NCBI RefSeq assembly: GCF_963921235.1
Contig: NC_086097.1
Coordinates: 184,390,001-184,454,000 of the forward strand
Direction: 5' to 3'
From: Mobula hypostoma
Taxonomy: Eukaryota
Length of the DNA stretch: 64,000 nt
Positions 1 to 11,779 of the stretch are shown one piece after another (the first letter of the stretch is position 1; every line of letters begins with the position of its first letter). A program made the position numbers and the translations under genes. The notes beneath the pieces were generated by a model. That model did no database searches. It saw only the letters and a list, made by a program, of their open reading frames with translations, and was not told the origin of the DNA.

Positions 1-855
1 TATTTCAGCTTTTTTCTTAAAGATGTGCTGTGTGCCTCCCGGCTACCGCTGCGTTCTTCGCGAATTGGTACAGTATCTGTCCGGGGCCCGGGTGTTGGGG
101 AGGTAGGACATGGGGGTGTCATCTCATCGTCGATCAGGGCAGGCAGCTCATCTTCTGCTATGACTGCCTGCCTCGATGTCGAAGGTCGAGGTTCGTTGTC
201 TGCTGTGGCTGATGTGGAAGGCTTGCTTGACTGCTGAGCCTCGCGCATTTTTCTATCATACAGTTGTTTGTAAGCACTCAAATCATCCTGCAAATATCCC
301 CTAAACCTACGTACCCTTTCAAAATTAAAGTCGTACTTTATCATTACAGCGAAAATCTCACGCAGTTGCTTCACTTTCTGCATTCAGTTGCATTCGGTTT
401 CGATTGTTATCCTTTCCTCTTCCAATTGCATCAGCTCTTCATCTATCAGTTCTTGGTCATGGGATGCCAAAACCTCTTCAACATCATCTTCGTCAGTTTC
501 CACAAGCCAACCTCACTTTGTCCTTGCTTCGTTCACCACGATTGAAACGCTTAATTATGTCTAGTTTTACACTAAGTGTAACACCCTTACTCTTTCAGGC
601 TTTTCCGACACCTTAGAACTCATCTTGCTAACAGCTGCTCAATGCAACGTGTTAAAGCAATGCCGTTCCGAATCCGGGGGAGAGCGGCTGCTCAGGCCAC
701 GCACTGCCTTTCATCGCGCACTGATTTTTTATCATGCGCTGCCTTTCTTTGTAACAGTGAAAACACCTTCTGAAAGCGAAAACAGGGTACTAATGTAGGT
801 CTTTCGTAACAGTGAGGTTTCGTAAAGTGAACGTTCGAAAAGCGGGGGACATCTG
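1..855 (-). mobile_element. Tigger/pogo-like (Tc1/mariner superfamily) non-autonomous deletion derivative; other end lies outside the window
   Basis: Ends ...GGGGGACATCTG|TA (TA at 856-857). The minus strand from ATG at 623 gives a frameshifted HTH-psq-like start (MSSKVSEKP..KGVTLSVKLDIIKRFNRGERSKD) fused directly to an acidic C-terminal segment (VETDEDDVEEVLASHDQELIDEELMQLEEER). The DDE core is absent. Confidence 0.7.
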
Positions 856-1127
856 TATACCAAATACTCCAAATGTGGCCTAAGTAAAGTTTTATACAGC
901 TGCAACATGACTTCCTGACTTTTATACTTAATGCTCCAACTTTATTTACCTTCTTCACCTCCTTATCCAATTATGTTGCTTCTTTCAGGAAGCTATAGAC
1001 TTGCACACCAAGATTCCTCTGTACATTAAAACGATCCTGCTATTTATTGTATTTGTCACTCCGCTAGTTTCTGAGCTGTCTGCAAACTTATCAGCGCATT
1101 GACATTTTAATTCATATCATTCATATA

Positions 1128-2241
1128 CACTCAGTGGCCACTTTATTAGGTACAGTGGTACAGTCTTCTGCTGTAGTCCTTCCACTTCGAAGATTGAAGT
1201 GCTGTGCATTCATGTTTGCTCTTCAGCACACAGGTGTTGTAACTCATGACTATTTGAGTTACTGTTGTCTTCTTGCCAGCTTGAATTAGTCTGGCCATTC
1301 CCCTCTGACTTTTCTCACTAACGAGGCATTTTTGCTCACTAGACTGCCACTGACTAGATGATTTTTGCTTTTCAAATGGTAATGTCCTGGTTCATATTTT
1401 ACTGTTATGCTGTGTGCATTTCATTGAATAGTTCTGTAAGAGCAGTCTGTTCTGCTGACAGCCTGTTTGGGTTATTGCTAAGGATGAGGAATGTGTGTCA
1501 TCCAATCAGGATGGTAGAATTAGGGGAAGGTTTTCTTGATGAGCAACACGGAACACTGAGGTTGGTCTTGGGGTCTTTTTTTGATTTGGCAGAAGGTGAA
1601 GAGAGATGCTGGGGAGTACCGATCGACCTGGTGGGAGACCCATTTGCTCAAGATGGATTGCGAGCGAATGTTTGGAAGCTGGTGTTAGCCTTCATGCAGA
1701 CCGAGGGCTCAGTGCGTAAGTGACAGAGAAGTTCAAGATGAGCTCCAATTTGTGTACATTTGACACAAGTGGGCCGTTGTCTTTTTGTTTTCTTTACTAA
1801 CCCTTCAGTTAAGATACATAAACCTAATTCCTTTAATTGTATGCAGTGTACCATTTGTTGTTTTGTGGCACTGATTTGTAACAGGTAACAAATTAAACAG
1901 CATCCACACAAACCAGGGTTTGGGATGGGAGAGCTGTCCAGTCTCACAAGTTTGATGAGACTAAAGAGTGTTTTCTCTAGACTTACATAGACAAAGAAAC
2001 CAAGAGGTTTCATACCATTCTCTGTAATTTTCATGGACCGTTGTGCATGAAAACTACAGGAGATCAGCAGTTTCTGAGATACTCAAACCACCTCACCTGG
2101 CACCAACAATCTGTCAAAGTAACTTGGATCATATTTCTTCCCATTCTGATATTTGGTCTGAGCAACAACTGAACCTTTTGATTAGATATTTGCTTTAACA
2201 AGCAGGTGTAGAGGCATACCTAATAAAGTGGCCACTGATTG
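1128..2241. mobile_element. Tc1-like non-autonomous DNA transposon (MITE) carrying a nested solo LTR
   Basis: TIRs CACTCAGTGGCCACTTTATTAGGTA (1128-) and TACCTAATAAAGTGGCCACTGATTG (-2241), flanked by TA on both sides. Confidence 0.85.
1378..2012. mobile_element. Solo LTR (Gypsy-like), homologous in opposite orientation to 15085-15637
   Basis: Shares blocks with the reverse complement of 15085-15637 (CTGTTTGGGTTAT, TGAGCTCCAA, TTTTCTTTACTAACCCT, CTGATTTGTAACAGG, CCACACAAAC). Ends ...GGTTTCA and splits the MITE. Confidence 0.7.
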
Positions 2242-5200
2242 TATATCACAGCACTGATCCCCCTCAAAACAACACTGGTTACAGGTGTCGAGTCAGATTA
2301 ACAGCCCTTCTTTATTACCTTCTATTTTCTGTGGCCAAACCAATCGGGAATCCAGTCTTATGTCCATGGAGCCCATCTCTTTAACCTTCTAGACAAGTTT
2401 ATCATGAGGAACTGGCTGAATGTTCCACAAAAGACAATATAAATGACAGTTGCTGGCCCATCCTTATCAATTATTTTCACCTCCTCTTCAAAAAACTCAA
2501 TCAAATTCTTTAGGTAGGACCTCCCTTATACAAAATCATGCTATCTAGCCCTAATGTCTACGCTTTTCAAAATGTGAGTAAGTCCTGATCTTTGGATAAG
2601 AATTTCTGAAATGGAATAGTAAATTAACTTAAATTTCATTTAGTGTGACAGATAAACTAACTTTGTAATATTTCTGATGTGCTTTGTTGCTGTTTATTCC
2701 ACTGCTTTGATTTATACCATTCAATTTTGATTTATATCTAACACAATTTGTATCTAATGTAATCACCCTGAATATAAAAATGCCATTTGAATTTTAGGCA
2801 TTTTTTATTTTCTGGTTAATGTAGTATTTTCAGTGCTGACAGAGCAGATTTATAAATGCCACCATATGGCTTTGAAAACTAGTTGCACTGATGATACCCC
2901 ACACATGTTGGAGATGGTATGTAGTGTTGGCACTTTCCCTCAAGTGAAGCAAGCACAGCTTTGCATACTTGGGCAGATGGTACGAGATGTGATGCCAGAA
3001 TAGCAGTGAATTAAAGGTTATACCCACCAAGTTTGAAGATCTGCCAGTTTGGTTGGTATGGAAGCTTCTACCCACCTGCTTATCAGCCTTAGGACAGCTT
3101 GCATTTCTTTTTTTTTAGGTTGAGCTGAATGCTGTAGGGAATAATCATCATCTGTTAGTCAGTTTCTGATTTCAGTCTCATCAAAGATATGTTCCAGAGA
3201 AATACAGTATGGTAAAATACAGGGAAATATAATTCAAGGCTGTTTCATATGTAATTATAATTAACTATATGTCTTTTTTATTTACAGAAATAAAACACAG
3301 AACTGTGAACGTATTTAGATTCTAGAGTAGCTACTAGATTGTTGAATAAAATTTGTGAGACAAAGATCAGTTTGGGAAAATCACAGTGGAAAGATTGCAA
3401 GATTGCACAATTAGCACTATGCGGGGCTTTTGCCTTGTTACAGTTGAGTAGAAAATGTAAAAGTTTATTGGATAAATTCACATTTATTTTCTGCTTCTGC
3501 TCACAGTGAACATCAAAATTTGGATGTATGTTCATTGTACTTCAATAAATCCTATGTTCAATTCTTTTCATAAATTCTCCCAAATGTAGAGAAATGAGTA
3601 TGAAAAGGAACAGCAAAGCACATGTGAATTACAATCAACAGTATTCTGAAAGAATATACCTTTGATTTGTTGTACACATAGAGTACTAGAAAACAATCTT
3701 AAGGAGTGAAGATAATGGATGCCATTAGTGCCACCAGTTGGTTTGTGTCCGGGAGCCTTTTGACAGCAGAACTATACTGTAGACATGATGAAAAGCAGCC
3801 CTGTTTATGATTTGAGTCCAGCTGCCTTATTGATGGATAGAATCCCTAACATATGGTCCAGGTGGCTTCTAGAGTTGACGCTCTGTAGTAATTTCTATTT
3901 GCACATCTTAAACCATTTATTGGATTGGAACAGAATTTTCTGACTAAGTGCGGTTTTAGACTTCACTGGCATGATTCTGCTACAAATCTAAGCTTTCCAT
4001 TTCAGTTGCCTAACTTTTCCCCCTCATTTCCTTCTGTAAAATAAATTGCTTTAACAGATTGTAACTATCATTTTTTTTCATGTGGTGCACATATCTTTTT
4101 AGAATTCAATAGGTTTTGTGGAAAAACTATCTAAATATTTTAAATTTAACTAGAAGGCATTGTTCTAGCCCATAGCTGATTGGAATTGAGATATCTGCTG
4201 CCAACATACTGATGGATGATTTATGTCTGGTTGCCTTAATCATGAATTTGACCTTCAGTATTTACTCTGGATGTTCTGTGAAGTGGAACGAAGTTTTCTA
4301 ATTTCTCTTTCCCCCACATACCCATAATGCTTGTGCTGCCTCAAAGTACATTTTCCAATGCTAATGTAATTCCTCTAACTTAAAATCAGATCTGAAATTC
4401 TGAATTGTAGACTCTATTTATTAGTTTATATTTATAATTTGATTTACCTCCAAAAGGATTGTCAACTTAATGCAGAAGTACTTAAGTTCTTACTGTGCAT
4501 AACATTGTTTTATTGCTTCAGTTTGCTGTTTAAAATTGAATCCCAGTTAAGTTCATATGCACATGCAGTCTCGAGAGTGTCTGTAATGCATTAAAGAGCT
4601 TCTTGCATTATGCAGACTGCTCACGATTTTATATTCATATCAACTGGGTGCAGTAAAAGATTTAAAAACAAAATTAGATTCTAATGTAGTTTTGTACGTC
4701 TAATAACAAGTTTTTTTATTAGTAAAATGGTTTGTTTGATTCAAGAATAATCAGAGAGATTCTTAGTTGGGTTGTAGCTTTGACATGGAGGATATACAGA
4801 TATCACAAACATACCATTGATCATATCTTCATTATCATTAGCAATAAATTGAGATAGCAATTCAGAATAGTCATTTAATAATTAATGTAACTCACTCACA
4901 TGCTGAAAAATTAGGCGCTAGACATTTGCAAGTTAGCGCATAATAATACTAACAAAGCACTTTTCGAAAATTGCCATCCCGACAGATCTTATTCTTGTTG
5001 GTACTGAAGTATTAACGAGGGTGTGCCTTGATTGTTAACATCCTCTCAACAGTCCCATGTAACTTCAGACGAGGTTTACATGTTTGTAGTTCAATTAATC
5101 TGCATAGCTGTTTTTAAAAAAGTGATGTGCTGCAGGCAATATGCATAAAACAATTATAACTATTGGGAAGCAATAATGATAACAACATTGTGTAATTATT

Positions 5201-5294
5201 AAACACAAAATAATCTGCAGATGCTGGGGTCAAAGCAACACTCACAACACGCTGGAGGAACTCAGCAGGTCGGGCAGCATCCGTGGAAACGATG

Positions 5295-5330
5295 AGTCAA
5301 CATTTCAGGCCGGAACCCTTCATCAGGACT
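5295..5330 (-). ncRNA. Minimal type-I hammerhead ribozyme motif (PLE-associated)
   Basis: Minus strand reads AGTC-CTGATGA-AGGGTTCCGGCCT-GAAA-TGTT-GACT. Stem I is AGTC/GACT and the core is intact; putative GUU site. Confidence 0.75.
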
Positions 5331-5595
5331 ATAGAGGGAAGGAGCAGAGGCCCTATAAAGAAGGTTGGGGGAGGGTGGGATGGAGAAGGCTGGTAGGTTC
5401 CAGGTGAAAAACCAGTAAGGGGAAAGATAAAGGGGTGGGGGCAGGGAAGCAGGGAGGTGATAGGCAGGAAAGGTGAAGAAGGAATAGGGGAAAACACAAT
5501 GGGTAGTAGAAGGAGGCGGAATCATGAGGGAGGTGATAGGCAGCTGGAGGAGGGGGCAGAGTGACATAGGGATAGAGGAAGGGAGCGGGAGGGAA

Positions 5596-6306
5596 TTACC
5601 GGAAGTTGGAGAATTCTATGTTCATACCAAGGGGCTGGAGACTACCTAGATGGTATATGAGGTGTTGCTCCTCCAACCTGAGTTTAGCCTCATCATGGCA
5701 GTAGAGGAGGCCATGTATGGACATATATGAATGGGAATGAGAAGCAGAGTTGAAGTGGGTGGCTACCGGGAGATCCTGTCTGTTGTGGCAGATGGAGCAG
5801 AGGTGCTTGACGAAGCGGTCCCCCAATCTGCGTTGGGTTTCACTGATGTAGAGGAGGCCACACCGGGAACACCGGATGCAATAGATGACCCCAACAGACT
5901 CACAAGTGAAGTGTTGCCTCACTTGGAAGGACTGTTTGGGGCCCTGAATGGTGGCAAGAGAGGAGGTGTAGGGACAGGTGTAGCACTTGCGTTTACAGGG
6001 ATAAGTGCCAGATGGGAGATCCGTGGGGAGGGACACATGGATCAGGGAGTCACGGAGGGACCGATCCCTGCGGAAAGCAGAGAGGGGTGGAGAGGGAAAG
6101 ATGTGCTTAGTGGTGGGGTCCTGTTGAAGGTGGCAGAAGTTGCGGAGGATGGTGGGGTGGTAGCGTGAGGACAAGGGGAACTCTGTCCCTGTTGTGGTGG
6201 CGGGAAGATGGGGTGAGGGCCGAAGTGCGGGAAATGGAGGAGATGCGGGTCAGGGAATCACTGATGACAGCAGAAGGGAAACCACTATCCTTAAAGAAAG
6301 AGGACA
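5596..6306 (-). pseudogene. PLE ORF 3' part: RT thumb/linker + GIY-YIG endonuclease (5'-truncated, ~21-bp deletion and frameshift near 6150-6165)
   Basis: CKRKCYTC linker; VIYCIRCSRCGLLYISET..RL..RF..H (GIY-YIG with CxxC); terminal LGSLQPLGMN. Confidence 0.9.
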
Positions 6307-6313
6307 ATTGATA

Positions 6314-7095
6314 CTCACCGCATCTACTCCGAGGATGAGGTTTTCCATTCCAGGACATCTCAAATGTCCTCTTTCTTTAAGGATCCTGGTTTCCCTTCTG
6401 CTGTCATCAATGATGCCCTCACCCGCATCTCCTCCATTTGCCGCTCTTCGGTCCTCACCCCATCCTCCCGCCACCACAACAGGGACAGAGTTCCCCTTGT
6501 CCTCACCTACCACCCCACCAGACTCCGGATCCAGCACATTATCCTCTGCAACTTCCATCACCTTCAGCTGGACCCCACCACTAAGCACATCTTTCGCCCT
6601 CCACCCCTCTCGGCTTTCGGCAGGGATCGGTCCCTCCGTGACTTCCTGATCCACATGTGCCTCCTCATGGATCTCCCAACTGGCACTTATCCCTGTAAGT
6701 GCAAGTGCTACATCTGTCCCTACACCTCCTCTCTTGCCACCATTCAGGGCCCCAAACAGTCCTTCCAAGTGAGGCAATACTTCACTTGTGAGTCTGTTGG
6801 GGTCATCTATTGCATCCGGTGTTCCCGGTGCAGCCTCCTCTACATCGGTGAAACCCGACGCAGATTGGGGGACTGCTTCGTCGAGCACCTCCACTCCGTC
6901 CGCCACAACAGACAGGATCTCCCAGTAGCCACCCACTTCAACTCTGCTTCCCACTCCCATTCAGATATGTCCATACGTGGTCTCCTCTACTGCCATGATG
7001 AGGCTAAACTCAGGTTGGAGGAACTACACCTCATATACCGTCTAGGTAGTCTCCAGCCCCTTGGTATGAACATAGAATTCTCCAACTTCCGGTAA
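6314..7095 (+). pseudogene. PLE ORF 3' part: RT thumb/linker + GIY-YIG endonuclease (5'-truncated, 243-aa open frame)
   Basis: RVPLVLTYHP, VIYCIRCSRCSLLYIGETRRRLGD, PVATHFN, LGSLQPLGMNIEF*. Confidence 0.9.
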
Positions 7096-7360
7096 TTCCC
7101 TCCCCCTCCCTTCCTCTATCCCTATGTCACTCTGCCCCCTCCCCCAGCTGCCTATCACCTCCCTCATGGTTCCGCCTCCTTCTACTACCCATTGTGTTCT
7201 CCCCTATTCTTTCTTCACCTTTCCTGCCTATCCACTCCCTGCCACCCCTCCCCCATCCCTTTATCTTTCCCCTTACTGGTTTTTCACCTGGAACCTACCA
7301 GCCTTCTCCTTCCCACTCTCCCCCAACCTTCTTTATAGGGCCTCTGCCCCTTCCCCCTGC

Positions 7361-7396
7361 AGTCCTGACGAAGGGTTCTGGCCCAAAACGTTGACT
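7361..7396 (+). ncRNA. Minimal hammerhead ribozyme motif, core GAAA mutated to AAAA
   Basis: AGTC-CTGACGA-AGGGTTCTGGCCC-AAAA-CGTT-GACT. Confidence 0.7.
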
Positions 7397-7919
7397 CATC
7401 GTTTCCACGGATGCTGCCCGAGCTGCTGAGTTCCTCCAGCGTGTTGTGAGTGTTGTATAATTATTAATAATTGCGAAACCTATTTGTTGGCATCTTGCTG
7501 AATTTGAAGAGAACTATGAAACAAGAGGTAGAAAAGAACCTTTGAAAATTTTCAAGGAGAGGCTTAGAAATACTTAAGCCTGAGTTGGCCTAATCAATAA
7601 GTCTATGCCTGCCAGCTCCAAGGTGAGCTGTTGTATTCTGATGCTCCCAAGAAGATAAATTCTAGTCTGAGGTGAACCCTCTGTAAGTATCGGATGTAAT
7701 GAGGGATAGTGTTGGGGATTCATGTCTCCCACATTATGCCAGCAAGAACTGGCAGTGGATCAGAAACCCGTTCATATGAATGAAGATTTCCTGCCATGTA
7801 GAAAGAATGGAAAAATGTGGTGAGGTAATTTTGGTTATTTTTCATTTATTTTCAATATTTCTTAGTGCTTCAAAGTATGTATTAATTTTTATTTAAATTT
7901 TAAAAATTATTTAAACCCT

Positions 7920-8135
7920 CCAAGTTTCACCTATCAGCTCTTTGCTTCATCCCTCCCCCTCCAAGGTTCACTATCGCCTGGTGTTTCTCCCTCCCCTCAC
8001 CCCACCTTTCAAATCTACTCCTCAGATTTTTTTCCAGTCCTGCCGAAGGGTTTCGGTACGAAACGTCGACTGTACTTTTTTCCATAGATATTGCCTGGCC
8101 TGCTAAGTTCCTCCAGCATTTTATGTGTGTTGCTC
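7920..8135 (+). mobile_element. Short PLE 3'-end fragment containing a hammerhead motif (8035-8072)
   Basis: Pyrimidine-rich 3'UTR, then CAGTC-CTGCCGA-AGGGTTTCGGTAC-GAAA-CGTC-GACTG, then GCCTGGCCTGCTAAGTTCCTCCAGCA...GTGTGTTGCT. Confidence 0.8.
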
Positions 8136-8209
8136 TATTTATATATCTCTGAAATTATTCAAATCCTGGAAAAGTTTTGAGAGCTAGTAAGGATTTGCTA
8201 CTTGTAGTT

Positions 8210-9825
8210 CAATAGAGAATAGGTGCAGGAGTCGGCCATTCAGCCCTTCAAGCCAGCACCGCCATTCACTGTGATCATGGCTGATCATCCACGTTCAGTA
8301 CCCTTTTCCTGCCTTCTCCCCATATCCCTTGACTCCACTGTCTTTAAGAGCTCTATCTATCTCTTTCTTGAAAGAATCCAGAGAATTGGCCTCCACTGCC
8401 TTCTGAGGCAGAGCATTCCACAGAATTTTTCCTCTTCACATACCTAAAGGAGCTTTTACTAATCCTCCTTTATATTCTTGGTTAGCTTACCTTCGTACCT
8501 CACCTTTTCCCCCCGTATTGCCTTTTTAGTTATCTCCTGTTGTTCCTTAAAAGTCTCGCAATCCTCTGGCTTCTCGCTCATCCTTGCTATGTTATACTTC
8601 CTCTCTTTTATTTTTATACTGTCCTTGACTTCCCTTGTCATCCATGGTCGCCCCTTACTCCCCTTAGAATCTTTCTTCCTCTTTGGAATGAACTGATCCT
8701 GCACCTTTTGTATTATTCCCAGAAATACCTGCCACTGTTGTTCCACTGTCATCCCTGCTAGGGTATCTTTCCATTTAACTTTGGCCAGCTCCTCCCTCAT
8801 GAGTCCATAGTCCCCTTTGTTCAACTGTAATACTGACACTTCCGATCTTCCCTTCTCCCTCTCAAATTGTAGATTAAAACTTATCATATTTTGGTCACTA
8901 CCTCCTAATGGCTCCTTTACCTCAAGTTCCCTTATCAAATCTGGCTCATCACACAACACTAAAACCAGAATTGCCTTCTCCCTGGTAGGCTCTACTACAA
9001 GCTGCTCTAAGAATCCATCTCTGAGGCATTCCACAAACTCCCTTTCTTGGGGTCCAGTACCAACTTGATTTTCGCAGTCTACCTGCATGTTGAAATCCCC
9101 CATAACAACCGTAGAATTACCTTTGTGACATGCCAATTTTAACTCTTGATTTAGCTTGCACGCTATATCCAGGCTACTGTTTGGGGGCCTGTAGATAATT
9201 CCCATCTGGGTCTTTTTGCCCTTAAAGTTTCTCAGTTCTATCCATACTGACTCTACATCTCCTGATTCTATGTCCCCCCTCGCAAGTGACTGAATTTCAT
9301 TCCTCACCAACAGAGCCATCCCACCTGCTCTGACAACCTGTCTGTTCTTTTGATAGGATGTATACCGCTAAATATTCATTTTCCAGTCCTGGTCTTCTTG
9401 CAGCCATGTCTCTGTTATTCCCACAACATCATACTTGCCATTTTCCAACTGAGCCTCAAGCTCATCCACTTTATTTCTTATACTCCGTGCATTCACATAT
9501 AATACTTTTAATCCTTTTAAAGTAATACTTTTACTCCCCTCACCTTTCACATCGATTCCTATTGCACTTGGCCATACTCTCCGATCCCTTCCTGAGCTTT
9601 CTGCCCCTTTAATTCTGTTGTCTTTCTTAACTTTTCTTAATCTCTCTTTCCCTTTAACTTCATTCTTATATTTCCAGTTCGTCCCCTTCCCCCTCCACTA
9701 CTTAGTTTAAACACTCCCGTGTAGCAGTGGTAAACTTGCCTGCCAGAACGCTGGTCCCCCGTCTGTTAATGTGCAACCCGTCCCTTCTGTACAATTCACC
9801 CTTACCCCAAAACAGATCCCAGTGT
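8210..9825 (-). mobile_element. CR1 LINE: end of ORF1 (SGNH esterase) + ORF2 APE endonuclease joined directly to the 3' tail (RT deleted at ~8423)
   Basis: Minus 9700-9820 reads HWDLFWGKGELYRRDGLHINRRGT (DGLH). ORF2 reads LYVNARSIRNK..VGITETWL..IYRPP..MGDFN..LGGSDQN. A CR1 3'UTR lies at 8210-8422. Confidence 0.9.
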
Positions 9826-10171
9826 TTCCGGCTGTTAGAGGATGTGAGATCTTTCTAGGAACACAGTCTCAATGGAATCCCACAACTTTCCATGTCTGTT
9901 CCTGCTGTACAAGGACCTCAGCTTGTTTGCCTCTCCCCTACTGAACCAAGTAAGTGTTGGGAAAGGCAAAGGCATGCATTGCGAGTATGGACCCTGAATT
10001 GAATCCAGCTTGATTTCACTCTTTACAGCAAAGGATGAGGAAAATTCACTTTACTTTTGGTTGTGCAGTTGATATTACATAAGTAGTGATTTTGGTAGTG
10101 AGTAGTGGGCCTTTACAGCCACAACAGATGCTGTTCTAACACAGACAGACCTAGACCTCTTCTAACCACAG

Positions 10172-10220
10172 CTAGACCTTCCAGGCGCAGATCCATGGTC
10201 ACGCAAGATTAACGGATGCC
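10172..10220 (+). mobile_element. RTE LINE extreme 3' end
   Basis: CCAGGCGCAGATCCATGGTCACGCAAGATTAACGGATGCC matches the reverse complement of the RTE 3' end at 48928-48968. Confidence 0.7.
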
Positions 10221-10469
10221 ACCAATTACCAATTAGTAATTTTGAACATATTATATCGGAATATTTTGAGGGAATTTCATGGTACAAAGTTCTAAAATAT
10301 TCTGCTATGTATGCAGATCAGAGAAGTGCATTTGACAAAGTGTGTAGCATGTTTACTAGTTTAACTCCATGAATATTTACTGGACAGGTAATTCATAATA
10401 GTCATAAGCCAATGACTAATATGTATAGCGGATTCTCCTGAAATGGTCTTAAAGCTGAGATTCACTGCC

Positions 10470-10900
10470 TCTCACCAAGACACAGACCAAAAGGTGAAAA
10501 CATCTATTTATTGCGGCAGTCAATCTTTCACTGAACTGCAAGCATACTATAGCATATCGCAAATTATAACCATGCAATAGGCTCAAGGGAGTAGCAATAC
10601 ATCAATCTTAAAGTAGTAATTTTCTTAGCATGTAGCATGGAACAAATATATGCTACCCTACTTCCCCTTTAAAAGAAAGTGAATATTGCATCTGAACATG
10701 TAAATATTTTACACTCCAAGTTTATTTACACCGAAGTATATAGTAAAGTTATATGTTCAGTTACATTCAAACATTTACATTTTTAAATCTAGTTGTGTTC
10801 AAGAACTAAAATACACAAAAGAAATCTTAAACATATTTCAGGTCCCTTGTTCTTCTGAGACCTTGTTACATCTTTCATACTTTTCATCTCTGCTTGACTC
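10470..10900 (-). mobile_element. Possible decayed LTR-retrotransposon 3' end (polypurine tract + LTR)
   Basis: PPT-like AAAAGGGGAAG on the minus strand at ~10661-10671, next to an LTR-like segment. Weak. Confidence 0.3.
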
Positions 10901-11779
10901 CCTGTGCCACATCATTTAACTATCTGATAGGCATTTTCCTAAATGTTCTTGTCTGTTTGAACAGTCATGTAATATCTTTACCTTCTGCTGCATTCACTGC
11001 ACTCTACCTGTCTCATGCACTTCTCCTCTGCACCCTCTATATTCCACAATTTACTCATCTTTTCTGATCCTTTTCTTCCTCCATAAATTCTCCGGCCATC
11101 CATAGTGTCATACAGCATCTCTACTCTCTTTCTCTTTGATATCTTCCTCTTTTGATCTCTACCTTTGTCTATGGACCGTGAAACCAAGTTTGCTGCACCA
11201 TGGCAAATGAACATGAAGTAACAAACAACGTTCAGCAAAATCTTTTACCTAAATATCACATTACTGCACGGATCCAAATCCCTCATTCTCTTAATTTGAA
11301 AATGAAAGGATTAGTTGCCATCTCAAATGTAACTGATAATAGAGCCCCCACCTCCATCTTTGATAATGAATTTCAAAGATTCACCACACTTTGAATGAAA
11401 TATGTTCTCACGTCAATCCTGAAAGGCCAATTCCTTATTTTGCGACTTTGATCCTTGGTTCTAGTCACTCCACTCAGGGGAAAAATCCTTTCCTCTTATT
11501 GCCTGTCAGAATGAAATCATATTTTTCTCTTCTAAATAAAAAAAACAGTGAAGTTACTCTGCTTAATCTTTGTCTGATACCTGTAATAAACTGCAATCTA
11601 TCTGATGAAGCATGATGGCCTTAGTCCAAAACAAATACATTCTTTCTTTGAGATCTATAGGGTGAGAGGACAGTGCTTGACAACAAAAGCTGCGTGTTGA
11701 TATGCAAAGTGTCCCAAAAATAGCATTCAATTGACACTCATTGTATTATACAGCAAATTGAAAACAAATTGTTACCTGT

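Larger units (their letters stand above)
858..2580 (-). mobile_element. Decayed CR1 LINE RT fragment (858-1125 and 2244-2580), interrupted by a Tc1-like MITE
   Basis: CR1 antisense signatures (CAATACTCCAAATGTGGCC, CTGCAAACTTA, AAAAAACTCAATCAAATT) match other CR1 copies in this window. Confidence 0.65.
5203..7455. mobile_element. Penelope-like element (PLE) insertion 1: inverted duplication (left arm minus 5203-~6313, right arm plus ~6314-7455)
   Basis: The arms are near-identical reverse complements and both encode the PLE RT C-terminus plus GIY-YIG. TSD TAATTATTAA at 5193-5202 and 7458-7467 (13/14 if extended). Confidence 0.92.

Noticed and set aside
2834..2916. Plus-strand TTTTCAG|...ATG|GTATGT mini-exon candidate
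   Set aside because: The peptide is unrecognisable, and such sites occur by chance in AT-rich DNA.
5262..5567. Pro/Ser-rich ~100-135 aa ORFs repeated at 7124, 38658 and 40475
   Set aside because: They are translations of the pyrimidine-rich PLE 3'UTR, which is depleted of stop codons by composition.
5731..6960. ORFs 5731-6168 (+) and 6250-6960 (-), 145-236 aa
   Set aside because: They are antisense shadows of the PLE GIY-YIG frames.
5203..7455. Interpretation as a DNA transposon with kilobase TIRs, or as an assembly fold-back artefact
   Set aside because: The content is retroelement 3' sequence with no transposase. The arms differ by many substitutions and an indel, and a TSD is present, which an artefact would not produce.
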